64,000 nt of DNA from Methylotenera sp. (GTDB lineage Bacteria; Pseudomonadota; Gammaproteobacteria; Burkholderiales; Methylophilaceae). The stretch lies in assembly GCA_021732365.1 (NCBI GenBank), contig JAKFVD010000017.1, positions 270,543 to 334,542 on the forward strand. Reading direction: 5' to 3'. The translations under genes were made by a program, and so were the position numbers. The notes under the pieces are model-generated. The model had not been told where the DNA came from. It made no database searches and worked only from the letters and a program-made list of their open reading frames with translations. This document shows positions 29,754 to 37,542 of this stretch, in pieces. The first letter of the stretch is position 1. Every line of letters begins with the position of its first letter.

Positions 29754-30449
29754 TTAGTTAACGGTTTTTTTAGATGAAAAACGCTCTTCATCTAATTTAT
29801 CTTTTTGATTTTGCAATATATTTTCTAGCTGAACCCGTTTTAACTGGAAAAACTGCTCTTTACGCATCACGGCTTCGTACTGACTAGGCGTGTCATAAAT
29901 ATGTATTAATTCGGTGCCAAATTGATGCAATTTGCCATTTTTAACCGAGCAGGTATTCAATTCTTTGGTGGTATCTGCTAGGTTTTTTGATATGGTTTTG
30001 CGCTGATTATCGTTAAATTTTAGGTCGGCTAATGCTTGTGCATGCACACCTTTTAAATCGGTCAGACTGTTTTGGGTAGTGTCTAGCTTCGCCTGCGTTT
30101 CAGTCAGTTTAGCTTCAACCACAGTTTTCTCATCCATGGTTTTAGTTAACTCAATACTTAAGTTTTTAGCTTTGCGCTGTGATGATGCCAATGCCTTATT
30201 GGTTTTTTCTAACTCAGTATCTTTAGCCAATAACTGCTCTTGCAAGGCCTTTTTTTCTGTATCAAATTGGGTTTGCATGGCCGCTTTTTCGGCTTCCATA
30301 TCTTGCTTCATTTTTTGCATCATCAATGCCTGACGCCTTGCAGCTTTGTCTTTTTTTTCTGCTGCAATAGCCGATTGCGGCAGAAGCATGCCTGCCAATA
30401 ATGCCAATATAAATAGCCCAACAATTTTTTGCGCGACATTTAGTTTCAT
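29754..30449 (-). CDS. Periplasmic coiled-coil protein of unknown function
   Basis: Signal peptide ending QSAIA/AE, then about 170 aa of K/E/Q/A-rich heptad-like sequence and a short C-terminal globular part. Confidence 0.6.
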   Translation of the reverse strand: MKLNVAQKIVGLFILALLAGMLLPQSAIAAEKKDKAARRQALMMQKMKQDMEAEKAAMQTQFDTEKKALQEQLLAKDTELEKTNKALASSQRKAKNLSIELTKTMDEKTVVEAKLTETQAKLDTTQNSLTDLKGVHAQALADLKFNDNQRKTISKNLADTTKELNTCSVKNGKLHQFGTELIHIYDTPSQYEAVMRKEQFFQLKRVQLENILQNQKDKLDEERFSSKKTVN

Positions 30450-30460
30450 GATGGCCTCAA

Positions 30461-32149
30461 TTAAAACTTGGTGTTCAAATCAAGCAATAGCACATCGATA
30501 CCTAAAGGATCTAAGCCCCCACGCGGCGAAATCTCATCGGCGCTAAACCAACGTGCTTGCAGCCATGTATTTTTACCGATGCCGTAACTGCCGCCCAAAA
30601 TCCAGCCTTTTACATTAGTACCACGTTGGTAAAAGTCAGAATCGGTAAACGTATCCACCACTGAATCGGCCTCTAGGTGCTTATAAGCGGCAAACACTTG
30701 CCAGTCATGCAGTTTTTCGGTGGTGGGCATACCAACATCTAGCCTTACTTGATAAGCGTTTACTTCTTCATCAGGCACTAAGCCAGGCACAATGCCTGTT
30801 CTTCTGATGATTTCGTTACGGTCAAAACCAATATTGCGCACGTAATCACCAGTTAAGCTAATGTGTACAGGATCAAAAGCAGCAATATCCACCTTGCCCG
30901 TCAGGTTAAGCTCTCTAAATTTAGAGGCGTAACCAAATAGTGGGTCGCTGCCGAACTGTCCCCCATTTATGTCAAATGTTGAGTTACCTTTAGTGCGTGC
31001 GTTGGCAGATGTTGAATTAAAGGGCGCATTGGGCCCAAATTGACCCGCAGGGTTGGCAATACCCTCAACATTATCAAACTCATATAATGCCAATCCCACT
31101 TTGACAGACGATTTATTGGCAGAAGTCCATTTAATGCCCGTTTGCGCACCATACAACCATTTATCTTTGGCTCTGTTAAATTCCGAGCTTTCGATTTCAT
31201 CTATCGGAAACACGCCAGCTGTTGCAAAGCCAGACCAACGATCATTAAATTTGGGCTTATAACTAGCTGCAACACCATCAAACGCCAAATCAGGATCCCA
31301 CACCAAATCGGTTGAGAACCATGGGTTTTCAAAGCGACCACCCACCAAACTTAATTCTGGTGTGATATTGGTTTTTAAGAAAACACGGTCTAGATTCAAC
31401 TCATACTTACCACTCACGCCTTGTAATGTTTCGTTAGCAGAAATAGGGTCATTTATACTACCAGTGGTCATTCTGATGCCACCGTTTAACCAATCGTTTA
31501 CTTTGATATTAAATCCGAATCTTGCACGCACCCGCGCACGATTTCGGTCTTCGGTCGTGTTGTTTAAAACCACATTGTTTGCCGCAATAAAGTCATTCAG
31601 ATTGGGATTACCATCTGGAAATTGCGTAGTTTGGTATCTCAATCTTAAATCGCCCTCCCACTGCAAACGGTCAATCCAATCGGGCAAGCCTAAACGCTCA
31701 CCCGCTTTGAAATTCAGTTTCGCCATCACTTCTTTTTTAATTTCTTCTTTCATTTCATTTTTAACAATTTGCGGTACATATTGCACACGCACTTTTTCAT
31801 CGACGATTTTGCCGACCATTTTTTCATCGGCTGATAAATCAGCTGCATTTTGATTCGCCAGTGCAGTAGCAGTGTCTAATTCTTTGGCTTTTTCGGCATC
31901 GGCTGCGGCTTGTTTTAATAAGGCCTCTGCTTTCTCTTTGCTCAATACGCCTTCTTGCACCAATAAATTCACCAAATTAACAGTGGTTGAGCGTAACTGC
32001 TCTAGCGATTCGCGCTCACCTGCAACGGCGGTATTGGCGCTCATACTTAACGCTAAAATGAGCATCAAAACAACTTTAATTGGGTTGTTTTCGTGGCTCA
32101 AAAAATGAGCAGGCGTGTGCAAGCTTAAGTTTTTTACAGTTAATTTCAT
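30461..32149 (-). CDS. Porin-like outer-membrane beta-barrel with N-terminal coiled-coil extension
   Basis: Signal peptide ending NTAVA/GE. About 100-aa helical region (LVQEGVLSKEKAEALLKQAAADAEKAKE). Long beta-strand-rich region ending LLDLNTKF. Confidence 0.6.
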   Translation of the reverse strand: MKLTVKNLSLHTPAHFLSHENNPIKVVLMLILALSMSANTAVAGERESLEQLRSTTVNLVNLLVQEGVLSKEKAEALLKQAAADAEKAKELDTATALANQNAADLSADEKMVGKIVDEKVRVQYVPQIVKNEMKEEIKKEVMAKLNFKAGERLGLPDWIDRLQWEGDLRLRYQTTQFPDGNPNLNDFIAANNVVLNNTTEDRNRARVRARFGFNIKVNDWLNGGIRMTTGSINDPISANETLQGVSGKYELNLDRVFLKTNITPELSLVGGRFENPWFSTDLVWDPDLAFDGVAASYKPKFNDRWSGFATAGVFPIDEIESSEFNRAKDKWLYGAQTGIKWTSANKSSVKVGLALYEFDNVEGIANPAGQFGPNAPFNSTSANARTKGNSTFDINGGQFGSDPLFGYASKFRELNLTGKVDIAAFDPVHISLTGDYVRNIGFDRNEIIRRTGIVPGLVPDEEVNAYQVRLDVGMPTTEKLHDWQVFAAYKHLEADSVVDTFTDSDFYQRGTNVKGWILGGSYGIGKNTWLQARWFSADEISPRGGLDPLGIDVLLLDLNTKF

Positions 32150-32191
32150 GGTCGTTCTCGATTTAATTTCAATAAATTGTTTAATGTCTAT

Positions 32192-32217
32192 AAGTCTGTC
32201 AAATAGAAGTCTGTCAA
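32192..32217. repeat. 11-bp direct repeat AAGTCTGTCAA x2 upstream of the porin-like gene
   Basis: Identical copies at 32192-32202 and 32207-32217 (15-bp period), in the 75-bp tonB-porin spacer. Confidence 0.6.
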
Positions 32218-32224
32218 TTGCATG

Positions 32225-32953
32225 CTAGCCCACAGATCGCGCAGTCACTCTTAATTTCACGGGTTGCGGCATATCGCCTGGCGGCTTTTCAGCCAGTTTT
32301 GGCATCGCATCCAGCTGTTTTTTAATCAGAGTATCAATATCTGGCTTGCCGCTTGAGCTAGCCAGCTCAAAGCGCTCAATCGCACCATTTGACGCCACCC
32401 ACACTTTCACCACCACTTTATAAGCGCCACTTGCCAGTGTTTTATCTTTGCTCATGGCGTCTTCAATTTGGTTTTTAAGCAAATCGGTATACCAGGCAAA
32501 TTGATACTTATTTGGCCCACCGCCGATTGTGCTGCCTGTTTTAATGTCGCCGCCTTTGTAGTCGTTGTTTACCTGGCCAGATGCAAAAGCACTAGGGCCA
32601 TCGCCTGCGGCACCTTCCATTTTTAACTGCTCGGCAGGTGGCGTTTCTACTGGTTTTGGCTGCTCTACTTTTATCTCTTTAGGCGCATCTGGCTTTGGTT
32701 GCTCTTTTGGCGGCTCTTTGGGCGGCGGCGGAGGTGGCGGCGGTGGCGTATCAGGAATCAACTTAATGGTTGTCACCTTTTTTTTCGCTGGCGCGCCGCC
32801 AGACATCAAACTACTGATGCCATAACCAATACCACCCAACACAATTAAACCAACCAAAATGATTACAATACGTTTAAGCCAAACGCCAGTCTTCGATTCT
32901 GGCTCTTCGTCATCCAGCATTGGGTCGTAGCTTGTATTCATGTTTTCTTGCAT
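32225..32953 (-). CDS. tonB: TonB-family energy transducer
   Basis: N-terminal TM anchor. Proline-rich rod PPPPPPPPPKEPPKEQPKPDAPKE. C-terminal TonB-C-like YKVVVKVWVASNGAIERFELASSSGKPDIDTLI. Confidence 0.8.
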   Translation of the reverse strand: MQENMNTSYDPMLDDEEPESKTGVWLKRIVIILVGLIVLGGIGYGISSLMSGGAPAKKKVTTIKLIPDTPPPPPPPPPKEPPKEQPKPDAPKEIKVEQPKPVETPPAEQLKMEGAAGDGPSAFASGQVNNDYKGGDIKTGSTIGGGPNKYQFAWYTDLLKNQIEDAMSKDKTLASGAYKVVVKVWVASNGAIERFELASSSGKPDIDTLIKKQLDAMPKLAEKPPGDMPQPVKLRVTARSVG

Positions 32954-32954
32954 A

Positions 32955-33110
32955 TTAAGTAAATGACGTCTTTAAAATTCAAGTTTTTAAGCTAGGCAAG
33001 GCGCAAGCAAAAAATTGCGACGCCGCATATACTTGATATGTAAGAAGCAATTTTTTGTTTGCAACGCCGCATAGCGACAAAAATTGAGTTTTTAAAGATG
33101 TCATTTAAGT
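32955..33110. repeat. Structured ~150-bp intergenic element bounded by imperfect inverted repeats, with internal nested repeats
   Basis: Left arm AAATGACGTCTTTAAAA (32961-32977) matches the reverse complement of the right arm at 33091-33107 at 16 of 17 positions. Inside, GCAAGCAAAAAATTGC and GCAATTTTTTGTTTGC are near-complementary, and (G/A)ACGCCGCATA occurs twice. Confidence 0.6.
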
Positions 33111-33509
33111 GCCAATGCGCCCTGTTACCAAACCCACGTTTTCAATTTCCAGCTTATTCACCAAATCAATCACGCCGACTACGCCTGCATAAGGTGCTTT
33201 AGCATCGCCGCGAATCATCACGTTAAATTTAGGGTCAGCTGCTTTTGCGGCATTTAATTGGCTTTCTAGCTCAGTCATACTGACGCCTGCGCCATTAATC
33301 GTCAGGCCGCCACCTTGCTGCACTTGCACGATTTTAATTTCATGCTTTTCAGTGCTTGGCTTGTTGGATGGTTTAGGCAAATTCATGGTTAAGCCCTGCA
33401 CACCTGCTGTGGTCATCAGGATAAAAATCACCAGCAACACATAGGCCAAATCCAGCATCGGCGTGATGTTGATGGTGTCGTATGGCTGTGCATCATTTTG
33501 TACTTGCAT
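33105..33509 (-). CDS. exbD: ExbD/TolR family protein
   Basis: INITPMLDLAYVLLVIFILM TM signature. About 134 aa. Confidence 0.85.
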   Translation of the reverse strand: MQVQNDAQPYDTINITPMLDLAYVLLVIFILMTTAGVQGLTMNLPKPSNKPSTEKHEIKIVQVQQGGGLTINGAGVSMTELESQLNAAKAADPKFNVMIRGDAKAPYAGVVGVIDLVNKLEIENVGLVTGRIGT

Positions 33510-33553
33510 TTAAAGTCCTTGTGTTGGTTAAGTTATTTAAAAAGTTAACCTAT

Positions 33554-33964
33554 TTAATTGCTTAACTTTTTAGTCACTAAACCCACTTCAGTAATATCCA
33601 ATTTTTTGCAAATCTCTAATACTTCCGATACTTTTTCATAATTAGCTGTTGCATCACCTTTTAACACCACAGGTAATGCAGGGTTACCACTTTTAAATTC
33701 ACTTAACCGCTGCTCTAAAGTAATCATATCCACAGGGTAAGCGTCTAAATACACGCTGCCATCGCTGGTAATGGTAATTGCGCGTGTTTGCGGTTTGGCT
33801 AAACTGCCAGAGTTAACCGTTTGTGGCATATCTACCTTTACGCCTTGCACCGATGCGGTGGTCATGATGATAAAAATCACCAGCAACACGTACGCCAAAT
33901 CCAACATCGGCGTGATGTTAATCTCGTCGTATAGCTGGTTCTCTTCTTTTATACCCTCTGACAT
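33554..33964 (-). CDS. exbD: ExbD/TolR family protein (second paralogue)
   Basis: INITPMLDLAYVLLVIFIIM TM signature. 136 aa. Confidence 0.85.
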   Translation of the reverse strand: MSEGIKEENQLYDEINITPMLDLAYVLLVIFIIMTTASVQGVKVDMPQTVNSGSLAKPQTRAITITSDGSVYLDAYPVDMITLEQRLSEFKSGNPALPVVLKGDATANYEKVSEVLEICKKLDITEVGLVTKKLSN

Positions 33965-33967
33965 TTC

Positions 33968-35674
33968 TTATTCTTTACCAAATAACTCGGCAGAACGTGT
34001 TACAAACTCATCCACAAAAATCTGCATGGCAATGGTGATATTTTTGATGCGGCTAGCTAAATAGTTGTAGCCAAATAGCGCTGGAATCGCCACCGCCAAA
34101 CCGGCAACCGTGGCCAGCAAAGCGGCCGCAATACCTGGCGCAATGGCGTTTACGTTCACATCACCCGCAGCGGCAATCGCGGCAAAGGTAATCATCACGC
34201 CCACCACCGTGCCTAATAATCCCAAGAAAGGGCCGCCAGAAATCGCAATGGTCAGTAACACCATGCCCGCATTTTGGCGTTGTGTTTCGCGTACTAAATC
34301 CGCATCAATCGCTGCTTTAATGGCATCCATCGATGCGCCACTGAGTGATAGTTTTTCACCCTCATGCTGGCGCTTTTTAATCTCACGCAAACCTGCTTGA
34401 TACAACTTAAATAGATTGGAATGCGGATATTTGCCGCCTTTATCTAGTTCTAATAAATCGCTTGCATTCGATTTTTGAAAGCGTGCCAAGAACTTTTTAT
34501 TATCTTTATCGGTGCGTGATACCAGCATGGCTTTACTCCACATTACCCACACACTAATCGCAAACATCACCGCTAAAATGGCAATTACAATTTTGGCGTC
34601 AATCGTTAAGCTGTTAATTAAAATGCCTAAGTAATTGGCTTCACCCTCTTCCTCTTCACCATCCTCACCGCCCTCACCTTCAGCGATTTTTAACAGTTGA
34701 CTATCAACACTTTCGCTACTGGCGATTAGTTTAATAAAATCGGCACTGCGTGCGATGTTGGCAATTTCCAACTCATCTACTTCGCCCGTAAAACCCTCAC
34801 CAATTTTAATATCGGTGGCTGTATCTACCGTTGGCACATCGCCTGTGGCTACTTCTACACCGTTTAAATACAGTACGGCTTTACCAGCATTTAAGGTAAA
34901 CGCAATATGCTGCCAAACAGCAGGTTTTAGCTCGCCGCCCGTTAATACAATTTCGCCTATTTTTAGCGTTAAGTTTTGGGCAGCAATGGCTAAATCCACG
35001 TTATTTTCTTGGCTATACAAGCTTGCTGTTTGTGGCAAGGCGCTTGGCTTAACCCATGCAGACCAAGTAAATCCTGCGCTTGCATTGGTAGCGGCATTGG
35101 CCGGAATCACTAATGCCTCGCCTGTTAACACTGCACTTTCGCCAATTAAGCCGGCTTTTTGAGCCGTGATTTTGCCACTGGCAAATAGGCCTGATGCTGA
35201 ACTATCTTGCAGTAAGGCTTTGTCTGAAAACTGGAATTTAGCCACTAAGTGTGAATCCAGCATGATTTTTGGGTTGGCGGTGCTGGTGGCGTTTTCGTTA
35301 CCGTAATACAACCAAAAATGGGCATCTTTATCTGCGCTGCTAATTTGCGGTATTTGCACCCAAATAATGGCTAGCTCGTTTACCGCATCAAATTTTTCTA
35401 CAAAATATTTCAGCTCGGTTTTGTCATCTTGCGCAATAAAACGGATATCAGAGCCATCAATATTCACAGACGTAAAATCAAAATTACCTGAATGCAAACG
35501 CACCACTACAGAGGGCTGAACGATAGCCTGTGTAATACCAACGGCATTAATGCTGATTTTTTTACGCTGTGTCCAATCGGCATTCCATTCGGCAAATGCG
35601 CTTAATGAAAAAATTCCCATCACCAAACCTAGTAACACTAACCATTTCTTCATGCTGCTTCCTTTTGTATTCAA
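33968..35674 (-). CDS. exbB: MotA/TolQ/ExbB proton-channel protein with a ~330-aa N-terminal periplasmic domain (DUF2341-like plus LamG/concanavalin-like)
   Basis: Signal peptide (probable start MKKWLVLLG at 35653). A periplasmic beta-rich region is followed by an acidic linker EGEGGEDGEEEEGE. The C-terminal 3-TM MotA/ExbB core has GPFLGLLGTVVGVM. Confidence 0.8.
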   Translation of the reverse strand: MNTKGSSMKKWLVLLGLVMGIFSLSAFAEWNADWTQRKKISINAVGITQAIVQPSVVVRLHSGNFDFTSVNIDGSDIRFIAQDDKTELKYFVEKFDAVNELAIIWVQIPQISSADKDAHFWLYYGNENATSTANPKIMLDSHLVAKFQFSDKALLQDSSASGLFASGKITAQKAGLIGESAVLTGEALVIPANAATNASAGFTWSAWVKPSALPQTASLYSQENNVDLAIAAQNLTLKIGEIVLTGGELKPAVWQHIAFTLNAGKAVLYLNGVEVATGDVPTVDTATDIKIGEGFTGEVDELEIANIARSADFIKLIASSESVDSQLLKIAEGEGGEDGEEEEGEANYLGILINSLTIDAKIVIAILAVMFAISVWVMWSKAMLVSRTDKDNKKFLARFQKSNASDLLELDKGGKYPHSNLFKLYQAGLREIKKRQHEGEKLSLSGASMDAIKAAIDADLVRETQRQNAGMVLLTIAISGGPFLGLLGTVVGVMITFAAIAAAGDVNVNAIAPGIAAALLATVAGLAVAIPALFGYNYLASRIKNITIAMQIFVDEFVTRSAELFGKE

Positions 35675-35698
35675 TTTGTTTGCTTCTATATTTGATGA

Positions 35699-37369
35699 TT
35701 AAAAATCGTACCAAAAGCGTATATGGCTTAAAAAATCGCCTTTTTCGGTTGCGGCGCTGTCTCTTAATGCCCACGCCAAGTCCAAATTTAAATTAAAGTT
35801 TGTCCAAGCTTTGGCGCGCAGGCCAATGCCGTAGCCAGCCAATACAGATTGTCTGTCTTGTCCAGGCAGTGGATCAATTGTTCTAATTTTGGCAATATCG
35901 TAAAACGCCGCTAATTTTGTGTTTTGCAGCCAGTTAACATTTTTAAATAGCACTGGTGAAGTTAATTCTAAAGTTGAATGAATACCTTGATCACCTGCTT
36001 CTTCCGACTCAAGATAACCTCTAACAGTATCTGCACCGCCCACCAAAAACTGCTCATTGGGAATCAATGGTGAGCCAGAATACTGGCCATCAATTTTTGC
36101 TAATAGTTGAAAGTCTTTAGGTAAGTTTTGTGTGCGTTGTAAATCGATTTTTGCTACAAAGAAATTAGAATTCGCACCAACTCTTCTGGCTTCAAATTCT
36201 GCTTCATCAGAAATAAAACCACGCAAACCTACGTTAACGCCTGTGTTTAGTTGCGTTCTGCCTGTGGCGCCTTGCCAAGTTCCGCTGTAAGAAGCTGATA
36301 ACGGCGCGTAAGTCACAGGCGTCTCAAAATCGGTGCCAAAGACAATGGTTTGGCCAAAGTCTTTGTAATCAATCCCTAAAGAAATCGAATGAAAGTAGTT
36401 ATCTAAATTAGGCAAAGGCTTGATTAAACGCGCGCCCAAAATAGTACCGTCGCCCAAAATATTGACACCGCCCACTGTGGCTACGTTACTTTTAGACCTA
36501 ACGCCGTATAAGGCCAATAAAATGTCACTAGTGTCAAAGCGCCATAAATAGTTGGCCGATAATACTTGTACTTCATCTGTATTTTCTGGCGAAACCAAGA
36601 AGTTAAGTGACAGGCTGTGCTCTCGCTGCCACAAGTTATCGTATTTAATCGTGCCGCCTAATCTTGGCTTAGTCGTATCGCGGCTATAACGATTATTGAG
36701 CTCTAAGTTTGCATGCAGCGGCAGCGTGTCTTCTACTTTTAAATCCACTTCTACCGTACCAAAGGTTTTACCCGCCCTTAAAACAGGCGTCACACGTTTA
36801 TCTGATGAGCGATTTAAGCGCGTAATGTCGGCTTGCAAGGTGGGGAAATGCGGCACTTGGCCCTCTTGAACAGATGGCGACAATGCTTTAATACGGCCCA
36901 ATGAAAAATATTTTGAGTCTTTGACTCTAAACTTAGCCACTTTGCCTTCGGTGACATTTAAGCGGACTACTTTTTTATCTACATCTTGTTCTGGAATATC
37001 CACCAAAACCGTTAAATAACCTGCTTGATGGTAAGTTTTTTCTAGTGCATCACGCGCTTTATTCACATCATCAATTGATTTTTTTTCACCCATGTGCGGG
37101 TAAACAGCTGTTTCAATTTGCACATTGGTGAGCTTGGTATTGCCGTCTACCTGAAACTCATAAATATCGAAATAATTGACTGCTGGCTCAGCCTGTGTGT
37201 TTACTTCTGCTTGTACGCCATCTTGAGCCGCTGCTGCGTCCTGCTTTTGTGTTGCAACTTCCGCCTCTGGCGCGATTGACTCTTCTGCCGCGCACAGCAC
37301 TTCTACATTCATCAGCAACAGAATGCTTAACACAACTGTGCTTATTGTTTGGTTATAGTGCTGACGCAT
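35699..37369 (-). CDS. TpsB (ShlB/FhaC/HecB family) two-partner-secretion outer-membrane transporter
   Basis: Signal peptide. POTRA-type block FDIYEFQVDGNTKL. Long beta-barrel ending RFWYDF. It lies directly downstream of the TpsA gene. Confidence 0.85.
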   Translation of the reverse strand: MRQHYNQTISTVVLSILLLMNVEVLCAAEESIAPEAEVATQKQDAAAAQDGVQAEVNTQAEPAVNYFDIYEFQVDGNTKLTNVQIETAVYPHMGEKKSIDDVNKARDALEKTYHQAGYLTVLVDIPEQDVDKKVVRLNVTEGKVAKFRVKDSKYFSLGRIKALSPSVQEGQVPHFPTLQADITRLNRSSDKRVTPVLRAGKTFGTVEVDLKVEDTLPLHANLELNNRYSRDTTKPRLGGTIKYDNLWQREHSLSLNFLVSPENTDEVQVLSANYLWRFDTSDILLALYGVRSKSNVATVGGVNILGDGTILGARLIKPLPNLDNYFHSISLGIDYKDFGQTIVFGTDFETPVTYAPLSASYSGTWQGATGRTQLNTGVNVGLRGFISDEAEFEARRVGANSNFFVAKIDLQRTQNLPKDFQLLAKIDGQYSGSPLIPNEQFLVGGADTVRGYLESEEAGDQGIHSTLELTSPVLFKNVNWLQNTKLAAFYDIAKIRTIDPLPGQDRQSVLAGYGIGLRAKAWTNFNLNLDLAWALRDSAATEKGDFLSHIRFWYDF

Positions 37370-37393
37370 GAAAAAGAAATCCCAAGACTATCA

Positions 37394-37419
37394 GTGCAGA
37401 AATACCGCATTTTCTGCAC
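37394..37419 (-). promoter_or_regulatory. 9-bp-stem hairpin in the tpsA-tpsB spacer, 25-50 nt upstream of the tpsB start
   Basis: gtgcagaaa (37394-37402) pairs with tttctgcac (37411-37419), with an 8-nt loop. No immediate U-run follows on the minus strand. Confidence 0.4.
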
Positions 37420-37461
37420 CCTAAAATTAAGGCTTGATAGTAATAGGACTATGTGACGATA

Positions 37462-37529
37462 AAATTACAAATAACTACGGCTGTTACAATTTTTGCCCAC
37501 TTGTTACAAATGACTTTAGTTTGTTACAA
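37462..37529. promoter_or_regulatory. Phased array of the palindromic motif TTGTTACAA with a 20-bp period
   Basis: TGTTACAA occurs at 37482-37489, 37502-37509 and 37522-37529, exactly 20 bp apart. A degenerate ATTACAA sits at 37464-37470. The array starts 14 nt after the tpsA stop. Confidence 0.5.
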
Positions 37530-37542
37530 GTAGGCAAAATTA

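Noticed and set aside
30351-30358. Homopolymeric T8 tract (A8 on the coding strand) near the 5' end of the coiled-coil gene, with a similar tract at 32778-32785 in tonB, considered as a slipped-strand phase-variation switch.
   Set aside because: Eight-nucleotide A/T runs are common in this AT-leaning sequence (Lys codons), and many similar runs occur elsewhere in the window. They are too short to claim phase variation without population sequencing data.
32700-32760. GGC/GGT-rich trinucleotide-like tract (ggcggcggcggaggtggcggcggtggc), considered as a phase-variable simple sequence repeat.
   Set aside because: It encodes the poly-proline rod of TonB (PPPPPPPPP) on the opposite strand. The units are imperfect and in multiples of three, so slippage would change length but not switch the gene on or off.
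35562-35796. Small ORFs 35562-35774 (-) and 35569-35796 (+) spanning the tpsB-exbB junction, considered as a possible hidden small gene.
   Set aside because: Both overlap the well-supported ends of tpsB and exbB in other frames. They are basic and low in complexity, with no independent start signals.
37462-37529. Possible CRISPR-like or iteron array, because of evenly spaced repeats.
   Set aside because: The repeat units are only 8-9 bp, there are 3-4 copies with a 20-bp period, and there are no cas genes or replication genes. This fits a transcription-factor binding array, not CRISPR or an origin.
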